Below, piece by piece: positions 27,042 to 36,290 of a stretch of 64,000 nt of DNA. The stretch lies in assembly GCA_022824765.1 (NCBI GenBank), contig JAJDZG010000129.1, positions 235 through 64,234 of the forward strand, read 5' to 3'. The DNA is from Dehalococcoidia bacterium. GTDB taxonomy: Bacteria; Chloroflexota; Dehalococcoidia; Bin125. Positions within the stretch are counted from its first letter, which is position 1, and each line of letters starts with the position of its first letter. Position numbers and translations under genes: made by a program. The notes under the pieces are model-generated. The model was not told where the DNA came from and searched no databases. It was given only the letters and a program-made list of their open reading frames with translations.

Positions 27042-28253
27042 GTGCCGCGCGACGACAGCTTCCAGCGCCTCGTCGACGGAGATGAGATCGCGCTGCGCGA
27101 CGTCTTCCGACGCTATGGCGCCGCCGCCCGCACCCTGGCCCAGCGAATCGTCGGCCGTGAAATCGCCGACGACGTGGTCGAGACCGCCTTCATCCAGATC
27201 TGGGCCATGCCCCAGCGCTGGGCGTCCGACGCGCTTGATGTGCACATCCTGCGTCTGACCCGTGACCTGGCGCACGCCGCCCGACGTCGCGGCATTGCGC
27301 CCTCGCTGGCCATCCGTGACCTTGAACCGTTCCCGCTGCAGCCCGATCCTGACTTGCCCGACGTCGTCCACGACATCTCGGCCGGCGACTACCAGCGCGC
27401 GATGCTGCGCTCACCGGGCGCCGCGAGCCGGATTCTGGAAGATGCCTGGCTCGACGCATCGGCGCCAATCACCGCCGATGCCCAGCCAGATGCCGACCTG
27501 ATCCACGCAATCGAAGCCTTCGCCGCGCTGCTCTACGACACGCGCGAGAATCCCCATCAGTCCGATGCCGAGGTCGAAGCCAAGCTCGGCTTCTTCGCCT
27601 TCGGCCTGCTCGATGACCTCGAGCAGCGCCGCATCGCCCAGCAGATTCGCCGCGACGACACGCTCTCCAGGCGCCTGTCCGCCTGGCCGACCGCCGCCGC
27701 GGCGGTCACCTTGAGCACGCTCGAGATCGCACCCTCAGCGGTGGAGCCGCGCCTCGAACAGCGACTCATCCAGCGCGCTCGACTGGCCCGTCCGCCGACC
27801 GTGCACACCCGCCAGACGCTGCAGATCGTGCGCCGCGGACTCATCTGGTTTGCCCTGGCCGCACTCGCCGCCGTCGCCGTCATCTTCGGCCTACTCGCCT
27901 TCCGCCCGGACGATCCAATCGACGGCCGCGCCGTCGCACTCTCCGACGATGGGCGAACCGGCGTCCTCCTGCCGCACTACGAAAATCAGCTGTTCGCGCT
28001 GGTCTTCTGGGGACTGCCTGAGCCGTCCGCCAACGACGCCTGGCAGCTCTGGCTGGTGCGCGAGTCCGGCGCCGTCGAAGCCGGCCCGTTGATCGAACGC
28101 AGCGCCGACGGTCGCGCCGCCGTGACCGTCAACCCCATCCTGCTCGACTCCGACGACCCAGCGATCGGCTTCGCCGTCTCGCGCGACGATCCTGCCCAGC
28201 GGCCCGCCGATCCGCCATCCTCCGACGACATCATTTATCAGTTTCCCCGCTGA
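27042..28253 (+). CDS. Fusion protein: sigma-70 region-2-like domain, then an anti-sigma N-domain, a single TM helix and an RskA-like extracytoplasmic C-domain
   Basis: GGGAG lies 6 nt before the GTG at 27042, 10 nt after the cupin stop. The N-terminus DEIALRDVFRRYGAAARTLAQRIVGREIADDVVETAFIQIWAMPQRW...LDVHILRLTRDLAHAARRRG matches ECF sigma region 2. No recognisable region-4 HTH follows. Then come LGFFAFGLLDDLEQRRIAQQIRRDD (anti-sigma-like), a TM helix (GLIWFALAALAAVAVIFGLLAF) and AWQLWLVRESGAVEAGPL...AIGFAVS (RskA C-domain pattern). Confidence 0.6.
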   Translation: MPRDDSFQRLVDGDEIALRDVFRRYGAAARTLAQRIVGREIADDVVETAFIQIWAMPQRWASDALDVHILRLTRDLAHAARRRGIAPSLAIRDLEPFPLQPDPDLPDVVHDISAGDYQRAMLRSPGAASRILEDAWLDASAPITADAQPDADLIHAIEAFAALLYDTRENPHQSDAEVEAKLGFFAFGLLDDLEQRRIAQQIRRDDTLSRRLSAWPTAAAAVTLSTLEIAPSAVEPRLEQRLIQRARLARPPTVHTRQTLQIVRRGLIWFALAALAAVAVIFGLLAFRPDDPIDGRAVALSDDGRTGVLLPHYENQLFALVFWGLPEPSANDAWQLWLVRESGAVEAGPLIERSADGRAAVTVNPILLDSDDPAIGFAVSRDDPAQRPADPPSSDDIIYQFPR

Positions 28254-28335
28254 TCGCCGCGGGTCGGCAGGTAGACTAGTCAACAGTGTGTTCTGATGCG
28301 GCGTGCGACGCTGCCCGCTCGAAAGCGAGACCCTG

Positions 28336-29505
28336 ATGGATTTTGAATTCAACTCGGAACAGGAAGCCTGGCGCAGCGAGATCCAAGGTTGGATCCGCGA
28401 CGAGTTCGGCGCCGACTGGAACGGCCTCGACGTCTCCAACGACGAAGAGGGCTCAGACGAAGCATGGGAGTTCGCGCAGGGCATCCGCACCAAGCTCGCC
28501 GAGAAGCAGTGGACTGCGCCGGCCTGGCCCAAAGAGCACGGCGGCATGGGCCTTTCCTTCGCCGAGCAAGCGATCTTCAACGAGGAACTCGCCTACCACC
28601 GCGTGCCCGGACCCGACCTGATCTCCGTCGGCTACGTCGGCCCCACCTTGCTCGTCTACGGCACCGACGACCAGAAGGCCAAGTACCTCGACGACATCGT
28701 CAATGCCCGCGCCTCATGGTGCCAGGGCTACTCCGAGCCCGGCTCAGGCTCCGACCTCGCCTCGCTCCAGACCCGCGCCGTCCGCGACGGCGACGACTAC
28801 GTGATCAACGGCCAAAAGATCTGGACCTCCAACGCGCACCGCGCCGACCAGATGTTCGCACTCGTCCGCACCGATCCCGACGCGCCCAAGCACCGCGGCA
28901 TCACCTACCTGCTCGTCGACATGGACACGCCCGGCATCACCGTCCGACCGCTGATCAACATGCTCGGCGGACACGGCTTCAACGAAGTCTTCTTCGAGGA
29001 CGTCCGCGTGCCCGTCGAAAACCGCGTCGGCGAGGAAAACCGCGGCTGGTACGTCGGCATGGCCACCATGGACTTTGAGCGCTCCGCCCTCTCCGGTTCC
29101 GCCGCGATCCGACGCAACTTCGAAGACTTCATCGACTACCTCAACGAGAGCCCCGCCAAGTCACGCGAAGCCAAGCTCGGCACCGCCGACACCGCAATCA
29201 GCATCGAGGTCTCCCGGATGCTCTCCTTGCGCGTGCTGTCGATTCAGCAGGGCGGACTCGCCCCCAACCACGAAGCGTCGGTGGCCAAGATGTTCTCCTC
29301 CGAGCTGTCCCAGCGCTTCGCCCGCTTCGGGATCAACACCATGGGCAGCTACGGCGCCGTCCGCAAGGGCGATCCCTACGCCCAGATGAAGGGCTGGTTC
29401 ACCGAGACCTACATGTCCTCCGTGCCAGCCACCATCGCCGGCGGATCGTCAGAAATCCAGCGCGGCATCATCGCCACCAGAGGACTCGGCCTGCCCCGCG
29501 CATAA
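28336..29505 (+). CDS. Acyl-CoA dehydrogenase family protein
   Basis: MDFEFNSEQEAW is the typical ACAD N-terminus. YLDDIVNARASWCQGYSEPGSGSDLASLQTRAV, ITVRPL and ...GGSSEIQRGIIA are also present. The ATG at 28336 is preferred over the upstream GTG. Confidence 0.85.
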   Translation: MDFEFNSEQEAWRSEIQGWIRDEFGADWNGLDVSNDEEGSDEAWEFAQGIRTKLAEKQWTAPAWPKEHGGMGLSFAEQAIFNEELAYHRVPGPDLISVGYVGPTLLVYGTDDQKAKYLDDIVNARASWCQGYSEPGSGSDLASLQTRAVRDGDDYVINGQKIWTSNAHRADQMFALVRTDPDAPKHRGITYLLVDMDTPGITVRPLINMLGGHGFNEVFFEDVRVPVENRVGEENRGWYVGMATMDFERSALSGSAAIRRNFEDFIDYLNESPAKSREAKLGTADTAISIEVSRMLSLRVLSIQQGGLAPNHEASVAKMFSSELSQRFARFGINTMGSYGAVRKGDPYAQMKGWFTETYMSSVPATIAGGSSEIQRGIIATRGLGLPRA

Positions 29506-29546
29506 CGCGGATCGTCCCCTCCACTCAACCACGGCGCTGACGACCG

Positions 29547-30943
29547 ATGGCCTCGATCTACGACGACTTCAGCCGTTACTTCGACGAGGCCGCCCAGTTC
29601 TCGGACATTGACCCTGGGCTGCTCGAGCAGGTCAAGACCTGCAACAACACGTATCACATGAGCTTCCCGGTCGAGAACGAGGCCGGCGAGATCGAGGTGA
29701 TCGAGGCCTACCGCGCCCAGCACAGCCATCATCGCCTGCCCACCAAGGGCGGCATCCGCTATTCCACGATGGTCGACGCCGACGAAGTCAAGGGACTCGC
29801 CGCCTTGATGACCTTCAAGTGCGCCATCGTCGATGTCCCCTTCGGCGGTGCCAAGGGCGGCGTCTGCATCGACCCCTATCAGCGCTCCCCCGAATTCGTC
29901 GAACGCGTCACCCGCCGTCTCGTGATCGAACTCGACCACCACAACTTCATCGGTCCGTCGATCGACGTCCCCGCGCCCGACTACGGCACCGGTCAACGCG
30001 AGATGGCCTGGATCGCAGACACCTACCGCACCCTCAACCCGCACGACATTGACCACTTCGGCTGCGTCACTGGCAAGCCGCTCACCCTGCACGGCATCCC
30101 CGGCCGTCGCGAAGCAACCGGACTCGGCGTCTTCCACGGCATCATCAACTGCCTCTCTGACCCGAGGCTGGACACAACCTCTCGCCCGGGCTCGACGGCA
30201 AGCGTGTGATCGTGCAAGGGCTCGGCAACGTCGGCTACCACGCCGCGAGAGAACTCTCCGACCACGGCGCACGCATTGTCGGCATCGCCGAACACGACGC
30301 CGGCCTGTACGACGCCAACGGGCTCGATATGGAGGCGATCGCCCAGCATCGCTGGGAGCACGGCGGGATCGCCGCCTTTCCCGCCGGTCAAGTCTTCGCC
30401 AACTCCCAGGAGACGCTCGAACAACCCTGCGACATCCTCGTCCCGGCTGCCCTGGAACATCAGCTCACCGTCGACAACGCCCACCGGATCCAGGCCCAGG
30501 TCATCGCCGAGGCAGCCAACGCCCCGACCACCCCCGACGCGGACCGAATCCTGCGGGATCGCGGCATCACCCTCATCCCCGACCTCTATCTCAACGCCGG
30601 CGGCGTCACCGTCTCCTACTTCGAGTGGATCAAGAACCTCTCGCACGTCTCGTTCGACCGAATGCTGGTCGGCGCCGCAGACATGCAGAGCCGACGCATG
30701 CTCGACACCATGCAAGCCATCACCGGTCAGGCCCTGCCCCTCCACGAGCGCGCCATGCTCGAACGCGGCCCCACCGAAATCGACATCGTCAACAACTCCC
30801 TCGCCAAAACCATGGGCGAGTCCTACCAGCGCATCTCCGAGCTGCGCCGCGAGCGAGGCCTGCCCGATCTGCGCACCGCCGCCTATCTCTACTCGCTCGA
30901 GTTAGTCGCGCAGAGTTACATCGAGCTGGGGTTCTTCCCGTAG
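29547..30943 (+). pseudogene. gdh: Glu/Leu/Phe/Val dehydrogenase (glutamate dehydrogenase-like) interrupted by a frameshift near 30158-30170. Either a sequencing/assembly error or an authentic disruption.
   Basis: ORF 29547-30209 carries the N-domain with KGGIRY...[11 protein letters not shown] 30206-30943 carries the NAD-binding domain. In the second frame, upstream of 30206, the translation reads [25 protein letters not shown] back to a stop at 30158-30160. A single indel therefore splits one gene. Confidence 0.7.
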
Positions 30944-31036
30944 CCGCAACCATCGCCCGACCCCACAGCGCCCCGTCAGCAGCCCGGCTACGCTGTGCTC
31001 AATCCAACAGCCAGCCGAGCAGACAGGAATCCGGCC

Positions 31037-31564
31037 ATGGGCAACCCCGAGATGTACATCGAACTCCTGCCCGAGTTCTCAGACTCCGGCGAGCCAGTGG
31101 TGCACTTCACCACCAACGACGACGCCAACGCCCTGCTCGCGTCCGACCCCAACGCGCTCCTCATCGCCATCGTCCTCGACCAGCAGATCTCATCCAACAA
31201 AGCCTTCTCCGGCCCCTACGACCTGAAGCAGCGACTCGGCCACCTCGACCCATCGCAGATCGCCGCCATGGACGAAGACGAGTTCCTCACCATCTTCCGC
31301 GAGAAGCCAGCCATCCACCGCTTCCCCGCCTCGATGGGCAAGCGAGTCCAGGCCGCCTGCGCCGCAGTCCGAGACGACTACCAGAACAGCGCCGACAACA
31401 TCTGGGACAACCAACCAGACGCCAAAACGATCATGAAACGCTTGGCAGGGATCCCCGGCGTCGGCCCGGCCAAGCAGAAGATCGCAATCCTCCTGCTCGC
31501 CCGCTACTACGGCATGGACATCCCCGGCTGGCGCGAAGCCATCCCCATCGACCTACCCGACTAA
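31037..31564 (+). CDS. HhH-GPD-type base excision DNA repair family protein (small, uncharacterised subfamily)
   Basis: A helix-hairpin-helix GIPGVGPAKQKIAILLLARYYG lies near the C-terminus, in a protein of about 175 aa. AGGAA lies 7 nt before the ATG at 31037. Confidence 0.55.
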   Translation: MGNPEMYIELLPEFSDSGEPVVHFTTNDDANALLASDPNALLIAIVLDQQISSNKAFSGPYDLKQRLGHLDPSQIAAMDEDEFLTIFREKPAIHRFPASMGKRVQAACAAVRDDYQNSADNIWDNQPDAKTIMKRLAGIPGVGPAKQKIAILLLARYYGMDIPGWREAIPIDLPD

Positions 31565-31568
31565 GCGA

Positions 31569-31700
31569 AGGCGGTTCGACCTGTTGCAGCACCAATAGTG
31601 CTTTGAGCGCCTTCTCCGTCGCTTGCTGCGCGTGAAAGCAGACTTCACCCGCGCTACGGCTATCGCTCAGCGCGGTCAAGCCACGGCCATCGGTTCGGTA
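31569..31700 (-). pseudogene. HEPN-domain toxin remnant (N- and C-terminally truncated), in the same frame as the upstream MNT gene and separated from it only by the MNT TGA stop
   Basis: The translation ...EVCFHAQQATEKALKALLVLQQVEPP matches the HEPN core (FHAQQAAEKALKALL). Similarity stops exactly where the convergent HhH-GPD gene ends (about 31565). The downstream translation in all frames is non-HEPN. Only about 13 aa precede the FHAQQ motif, against about 35 in intact HEPN proteins. Confidence 0.4.
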
Positions 31701-32039
31701 TCAGTGTCCCCATTCATAGAGCACCTTGCCGTGCGCGCACGCGTAGTTGTCCATGGTGTTGACCGTCCCCCGATTTCGGGAAAACTTCGAAGGCGTCGAG
31801 ACGAAGAAGTCGACACTCATCAATGTGCCGCGGGTGGTTCTGCGGAGTTCCGCCCCGGGGCGCTCGTACTGCGCCGCGCACTCTTCATCAAGCACCACGA
31901 ACAGGTCTACGTGATAAAAGTCGTTCGGCTCGCTATAGCCGCGGTAGCCGACGAGCCAGATGCTCTGTGGATCGAACGACTCAACGATCCGACCAACGAT
32001 CAGATCGAGCTTCTGCTGGCTTTCGGTCTGCGTGGTCAT
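31701..32039 (-). CDS. Minimal nucleotidyltransferase (MNT) domain protein, antitoxin-like partner of a HEPN/MNT module
   Basis: 112 aa. LVGYRGYSEPNDFYHVDLFVVLDE resembles the degenerate GSxxRG...DxDLxV nucleotidyltransferase motif. It sits adjacent to the HEPN fragment. Confidence 0.55.
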   Translation of the reverse strand: MTTQTESQQKLDLIVGRIVESFDPQSIWLVGYRGYSEPNDFYHVDLFVVLDEECAAQYERPGAELRRTTRGTLMSVDFFVSTPSKFSRNRGTVNTMDNYACAHGKVLYEWGH

Positions 32040-32132
32040 GAGTTCATTCTATTGGGGAGTCATGGACGGCTGCGCGCTATCCTCCACTGACTGCGCGTGC
32101 GTCCAATGTGGCGCTGACTGGAGCGAACTCTC

Positions 32133-33092
32133 ATGCCCGTATCCTTTGGCGTCCACACCGGACAACAGAACGTCGCCATGGCCGACCTGCGACGCCTGTG
32201 GCGTTGGATTGACGACTCCGGCATGGACTGGATCTCTGTCTGGGACCACTTCTATGAGGCTCCGCCCGTCGACGGCATGTCTCCCCACTTCGAAGCCCTG
32301 ACCTGCATGGCCACCATCGCCGCCGAGACCGAACGAGTCCGAATCGGATGCCTCGTCTTCTGCGTCCCCTATCGCAATCCCGCCTACCTCGCCAAGTCCC
32401 TCATGACCCTCGACCACATCTCCAACGGTCGCATCGAGCCCGGCCTCGGTGCCGGCTGGCATCAGATGGAATTCGAAGGCTTCGGCTACGGTTGGCCGAG
32501 CCTCAAGATTCGCTTCGAAATGCTCGAAGAAGGCACTCAGATCATCAAGGGCATGCTGTCCCAGGAACGAACCTCCTTCGAGGGCGTCCACTACCACGCG
32601 ATCAACGCCACCAACCAACCCGGTCCCCTCCAGGACCATGTCCCCCTCTGGATCGGCGGACGCGGCGAGCGCAAGACCCTGCGCATGGCCGCTCAGTACG
32701 CCGACGGCTGGAACGTGCCCTACATCGGACCCGAAGAGTTCGCCCGACTCTCCGGCGTGCTTGACGTCCGCTGCGGCGAGCAGGGTCGCGATCCCGCCAC
32801 CATCGACCGCACCGTCAACCTCCAGTTCAACCTCAGCCCGACCCAGGCCGAAGCCGATATCGCCCGCGAAAAGCTCGTCGAACAGTGGGGCGACCAGGCC
32901 GAGCGCGTCTCTGAGGGCGCCCTGCAGGGCACGCCCGACGATGCATTCGACCGCGTATCCATGTACTGCGATGCTGGCGCCGCCGGGGTCAACGTGGCGC
33001 TCCGCGCGCCCTGGAGCGACGACGCCCTCGACGCCTACGTCAACGAAGTCGTTCCCGCCTTGCGCGAGAAGTACGGCGCCGTCGAGCTCTAA
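32133..33092 (+). CDS. LLM class F420-dependent / luciferase-like oxidoreductase
   Basis: 319 aa (ISVWDHFYE, GLGAGWHQMEFEGFGY, WIGGRGERKTLRMAAQYADGWN). Confidence 0.85.
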   Translation: MPVSFGVHTGQQNVAMADLRRLWRWIDDSGMDWISVWDHFYEAPPVDGMSPHFEALTCMATIAAETERVRIGCLVFCVPYRNPAYLAKSLMTLDHISNGRIEPGLGAGWHQMEFEGFGYGWPSLKIRFEMLEEGTQIIKGMLSQERTSFEGVHYHAINATNQPGPLQDHVPLWIGGRGERKTLRMAAQYADGWNVPYIGPEEFARLSGVLDVRCGEQGRDPATIDRTVNLQFNLSPTQAEADIAREKLVEQWGDQAERVSEGALQGTPDDAFDRVSMYCDAGAAGVNVALRAPWSDDALDAYVNEVVPALREKYGAVEL

Positions 33093-33155
33093 GACCAAAC
33101 AACCGCCGCTTGAAACCGCCACACGCAGCCGCCAGCAGTCAGCTAGGCTCAGAGC

Positions 33156-34060
33156 ATGAGCACAGACGCCAGTGGCCAGATCGACAACGCGCTCCAGATC
33201 GACGGCTTCCCTGACGATCTGCGCCGACCGATCTTGCTGCTCGCCTTCTTCGGCTGGAACGACGCCGCCGAAGCCGCCACCGACGCCGCCAAGTTCCTCC
33301 GCAACCTCAGCCAGACCGACGCCGTCGCCTCGCTCGACCCCGACGACTTCTTCGTCTTCACCGAGCACCGTCCCACCGTCAAGTGGATCGACGGCGATAC
33401 GCCGCGCCGCGAGATGTCCTGGCCAGTCACCGACTTCACCATCCTGCGCCGCCCGCAGTCTGAGCACGACCTGATCATCGGGCTCGGCACAGAACCAGAC
33501 CTCAAGTGGCGGCGCTACACTCGCGCCGTCTTGAACGTCGCTGCAACCGCGAGGGTCGAGGAAGTGGTCACGATCGGCGCCCTGTTGGCCGACGTCGCAC
33601 ACACCAGGCCGATCCAGATTTCGGGCGGCTCAACCAACCCCGACCGACAGCAGCAGTTCGGCTTCCAGCCCTCCAAGTACGAGGGACCGACCGGCATCGT
33701 CGGCTCGATTGGCGACGCCTGCCGCCTCGCCGCCGTGCCCCACATGGGATTCTGGGCCTCCGTGCCCCATTACGTCACCTCCAAGCACAATCCAGGCGCC
33801 ACCAAGGCGCTGCTCTCCCAGCTCGACCGCGTCTTCCAGCTCGACCTCGACCTGCGCAGCCTCGATGGCGCACAGGAGCGCTATCGCGCCCAGATCGACC
33901 AGGCCTTGCAGGAAAACCCGACATCCGCGACTACATCCGCAGCCTCGAAGAGCAGTTCGACCGCGAGCACGGCGAACCGCCCACAGAACCCTCCACGCTC
34001 GACAGCGATGACGTGATGGACGCCGTCAACCGCCTGCTGCGCGGCGACGAGTCAAACTGA
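33156..34060 (+). pseudogene. PAC2 (proteasome assembly chaperone 2-like, Rv2125-type) family gene with a +1 frameshift at about 33910-33920. Either a homopolymer sequencing error or an authentic disruption.
   Basis: N-terminal frame LLAFFGWNDAAEAATDAAKFL (PAC2 family) runs to ...AQIDQALQENP. In the +1 frame the translation continues PDIRDYIRSLEEQFDREHGEPPTEPSTLDSDDVMDAVNRLLRGDESN to a stop at 34060, 1 nt before the next gene's ATG. The junction lies in gaaaacccgacatcc (an A/C homopolymer). Confidence 0.65.
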
Positions 34061-34061
34061 C

Positions 34062-34802
34062 ATGGCCGACCAGAGCCAGGACGCCACCGACGAGCAGCCG
34101 TTCGTCAATGAAATCGAGGTGCGCGGACTGATCGTCGGCGCATTCCAGGAAAACTGCTGGGTGATCGGCAACCGACGCACTGCAGAAGCCATCTGCATCG
34201 ACCCCGGCGAGCAAGCAGACGACATCCTCCACATGGCGTCCGAAATGGGCGTCACCATCAAGCTGATCGCCAACTCGCACGCCCACCTCGACCATGTGCT
34301 CGGGGTGCGCGGTGTGCAGTCCGACGACAACGCACAGTTTCTGCTGCACGAGGCCGACCTCGACATCCTGCAAGGCGCAGCCGAGTCTGCCGCGCGCTTC
34401 GGCATGCAGGTCGAGCAGCCGCCAGACCCTGACCACTTCATCGACGACGCCCAAACCGTCGAGGTCGACGGCGTGCAGCTGCAGGTCATCCACACACCAG
34501 GCCACACGCGCGGCTCCGTCTGCTTCTATGGACACGGCGTCCTCTTCTCCGGCGACACCCTCTTCAAACAGAGCATCGGTCGCACCGACCTGCCCGGCGG
34601 CGACTTCGACCAGGAAATGTCATCGATCATCGACAAGCTGCTGCAGCTGCCCGACGACACCATCGTCTTGCCCGGACACATGGACCAGACCACGCTCTCC
34701 GCCGAGCGGACCCAAAATCCCTTCATCCTCCAGACCCTCCAACAGCGAGGCCAGCAGCCGGGCCAACGCCGCTCCCCCGGCGGACTGATCTTGCCCAACT
34801 GA
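34062..34802 (+). CDS. MBL-fold metallo-hydrolase (glyoxalase II / hydroxyacylglutathione hydrolase-like)
   Basis: HAHLDHV (HxHxDH), HTPGHTRGS and GDTLF are present. Confidence 0.85.
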   Translation: MADQSQDATDEQPFVNEIEVRGLIVGAFQENCWVIGNRRTAEAICIDPGEQADDILHMASEMGVTIKLIANSHAHLDHVLGVRGVQSDDNAQFLLHEADLDILQGAAESAARFGMQVEQPPDPDHFIDDAQTVEVDGVQLQVIHTPGHTRGSVCFYGHGVLFSGDTLFKQSIGRTDLPGGDFDQEMSSIIDKLLQLPDDTIVLPGHMDQTTLSAERTQNPFILQTLQQRGQQPGQRRSPGGLILPN

Positions 34803-34823
34803 CGCACCCGATCGGAGCGCTCC

Positions 34824-35279
34824 ATGTCAGACCGCGACACACTCCTCAGCGAGATGGCCGAGGTCAAGGCCGGCCTCGACGCGCGGCTCGACCGAATCGA
34901 CGAGGCACACGGCGCCTGGCACGGCGCGGTCGGCGACTGGTCAGTCGTCAACCTGCTCCAGCACATGGCCGGCTGGTTGACCGAGATGACCACCGGCGTC
35001 GAGCGCATGAACGCCGGCCAGCGGCCGACGCCCGAAGGTGTGGATTACTCGAATCCCGAAGACTGGAACCCGGGCTTCGTCGCCTCGCGCGGAGAACAGA
35101 GCCTGGAACAGGCGCGCAACGCCTTCGACGCAGCACACGACCGCTTTGCCACAGCCGTCGAATCGCTCGACCCAGCCCGCTTCGGCGAGGGCAAGACTGT
35201 CAACCGCATGGTCGAGGGCGTCGTCACCCACCATTATGTGGAGCACGCATCCGATATCGACGCCTTCCTCGGCGTTTAG
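34824..35279 (+). CDS. DinB/ClbS-like four-helix-bundle protein (DUF1706-like)
   Basis: WSVVNLLQHMAGWLTE resembles the ClbS/DfsB-family helix. Size is about 150 aa. Confidence 0.45.
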   Translation: MSDRDTLLSEMAEVKAGLDARLDRIDEAHGAWHGAVGDWSVVNLLQHMAGWLTEMTTGVERMNAGQRPTPEGVDYSNPEDWNPGFVASRGEQSLEQARNAFDAAHDRFATAVESLDPARFGEGKTVNRMVEGVVTHHYVEHASDIDAFLGV

Positions 35280-35382
35280 CGCCCCGCCAACCCACAGCTA
35301 GCGCGTCGGACGACGACGGGCGATACTTGAGCCAATCGTTGGCCGCCGAGCCCTGCCGGCCGGCGCTGGAAGAAGGACGAAC

Positions 35383-35853
35383 ATGAGCGATGACGAGAGT
35401 CTGATTACGCCTGCCATGGAGGCCGCCATCGGCTCTGAGGGCGAGCCCCGCGTGGTCACCATCGACAAAGAGCTGGTCCAGCGGTTGATGCACGCGCTCG
35501 GAGAAGACGACGCCGATCTGCTCGCCGCCGTCGAGTCCGGCGACACCAGCTACCCAATCCCCACCTACGCGCTGCTCACGACCAGCACCTCCCAGCGCCA
35601 GCTGACCGTGCCCGACGCGCCCGAGCGCGCCCTGATGGCCGCCGACGCCTGGGAAGTCAAGGCCGACATCCACCTCGGCGACACCATGACCATCGTTCCC
35701 CGCCTCGCTGATATCTCGGAGCGCATCGGCGGCCGCGTCGGTCACTCCCTGTTCATCAATCACGAGTGGGTCTACACCAACCAGGACGACCTCGAGGTCG
35801 CACGTGTGCGCCGCACCGTGACGCACTTCAAGGCACAGCACACCGGAGAGTAG
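35383..35853 (+). CDS. MaoC/FAS1-like dehydratase N-terminal-type hot-dog domain protein
   Basis: 156 aa with hot-dog fold features. First of three consecutive hot-dog genes. Confidence 0.65.
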   Translation: MSDDESLITPAMEAAIGSEGEPRVVTIDKELVQRLMHALGEDDADLLAAVESGDTSYPIPTYALLTTSTSQRQLTVPDAPERALMAADAWEVKADIHLGDTMTIVPRLADISERIGGRVGHSLFINHEWVYTNQDDLEVARVRRTVTHFKAQHTGE

Positions 35854-35860
35854 GGCGACG

Positions 35861-36277
35861 ATGGCGCTGACTTACGACGACCTCCAGGAAGGCACCGAGC
35901 TGCCCAACGAGCAGCGAACGCCGACCACCGAACAGGTGGTGGCCTTCTGCGATGCGACCGGCAACCAGGGCCCGCAGTTCCTCGACCCCGCCTTTGCCAA
36001 AGACAAGATGGGCCTGCCCGGACCGATCCTGCCCGGCAACATGAAGCAGGGATTCCTCGACCAATATCTGCGCCGACAGTTCGGACAGCAGCAGATCACC
36101 CACCTCCAGCTCAACCACCGACGGCCTGACCTGCACAACGCCGAGCTGACCATCGGCGGCGAGGTCACCCGCACCTACGACCTCGACGGCCGCCGCATGG
36201 CCGACCTTGAAGTGCACATCGACAATCCACAGGGCGACCGCTCCGTGCGCGGCGCGGCAACCGTCGCCTTCGACTAG
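35861..36277 (+). CDS. MaoC-family (R)-specific enoyl-CoA hydratase hot-dog domain protein
   Basis: 138 aa with FCDATGNQGPQFLDPAFAKDKMGLPGPILPGNM (MaoC hydratase motif region) and ELTIGGEVTR...GDRSV. Confidence 0.75.
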   Translation: MALTYDDLQEGTELPNEQRTPTTEQVVAFCDATGNQGPQFLDPAFAKDKMGLPGPILPGNMKQGFLDQYLRRQFGQQQITHLQLNHRRPDLHNAELTIGGEVTRTYDLDGRRMADLEVHIDNPQGDRSVRGAATVAFD

Positions 36278-36290
36278 GCGCGGACCCGTC

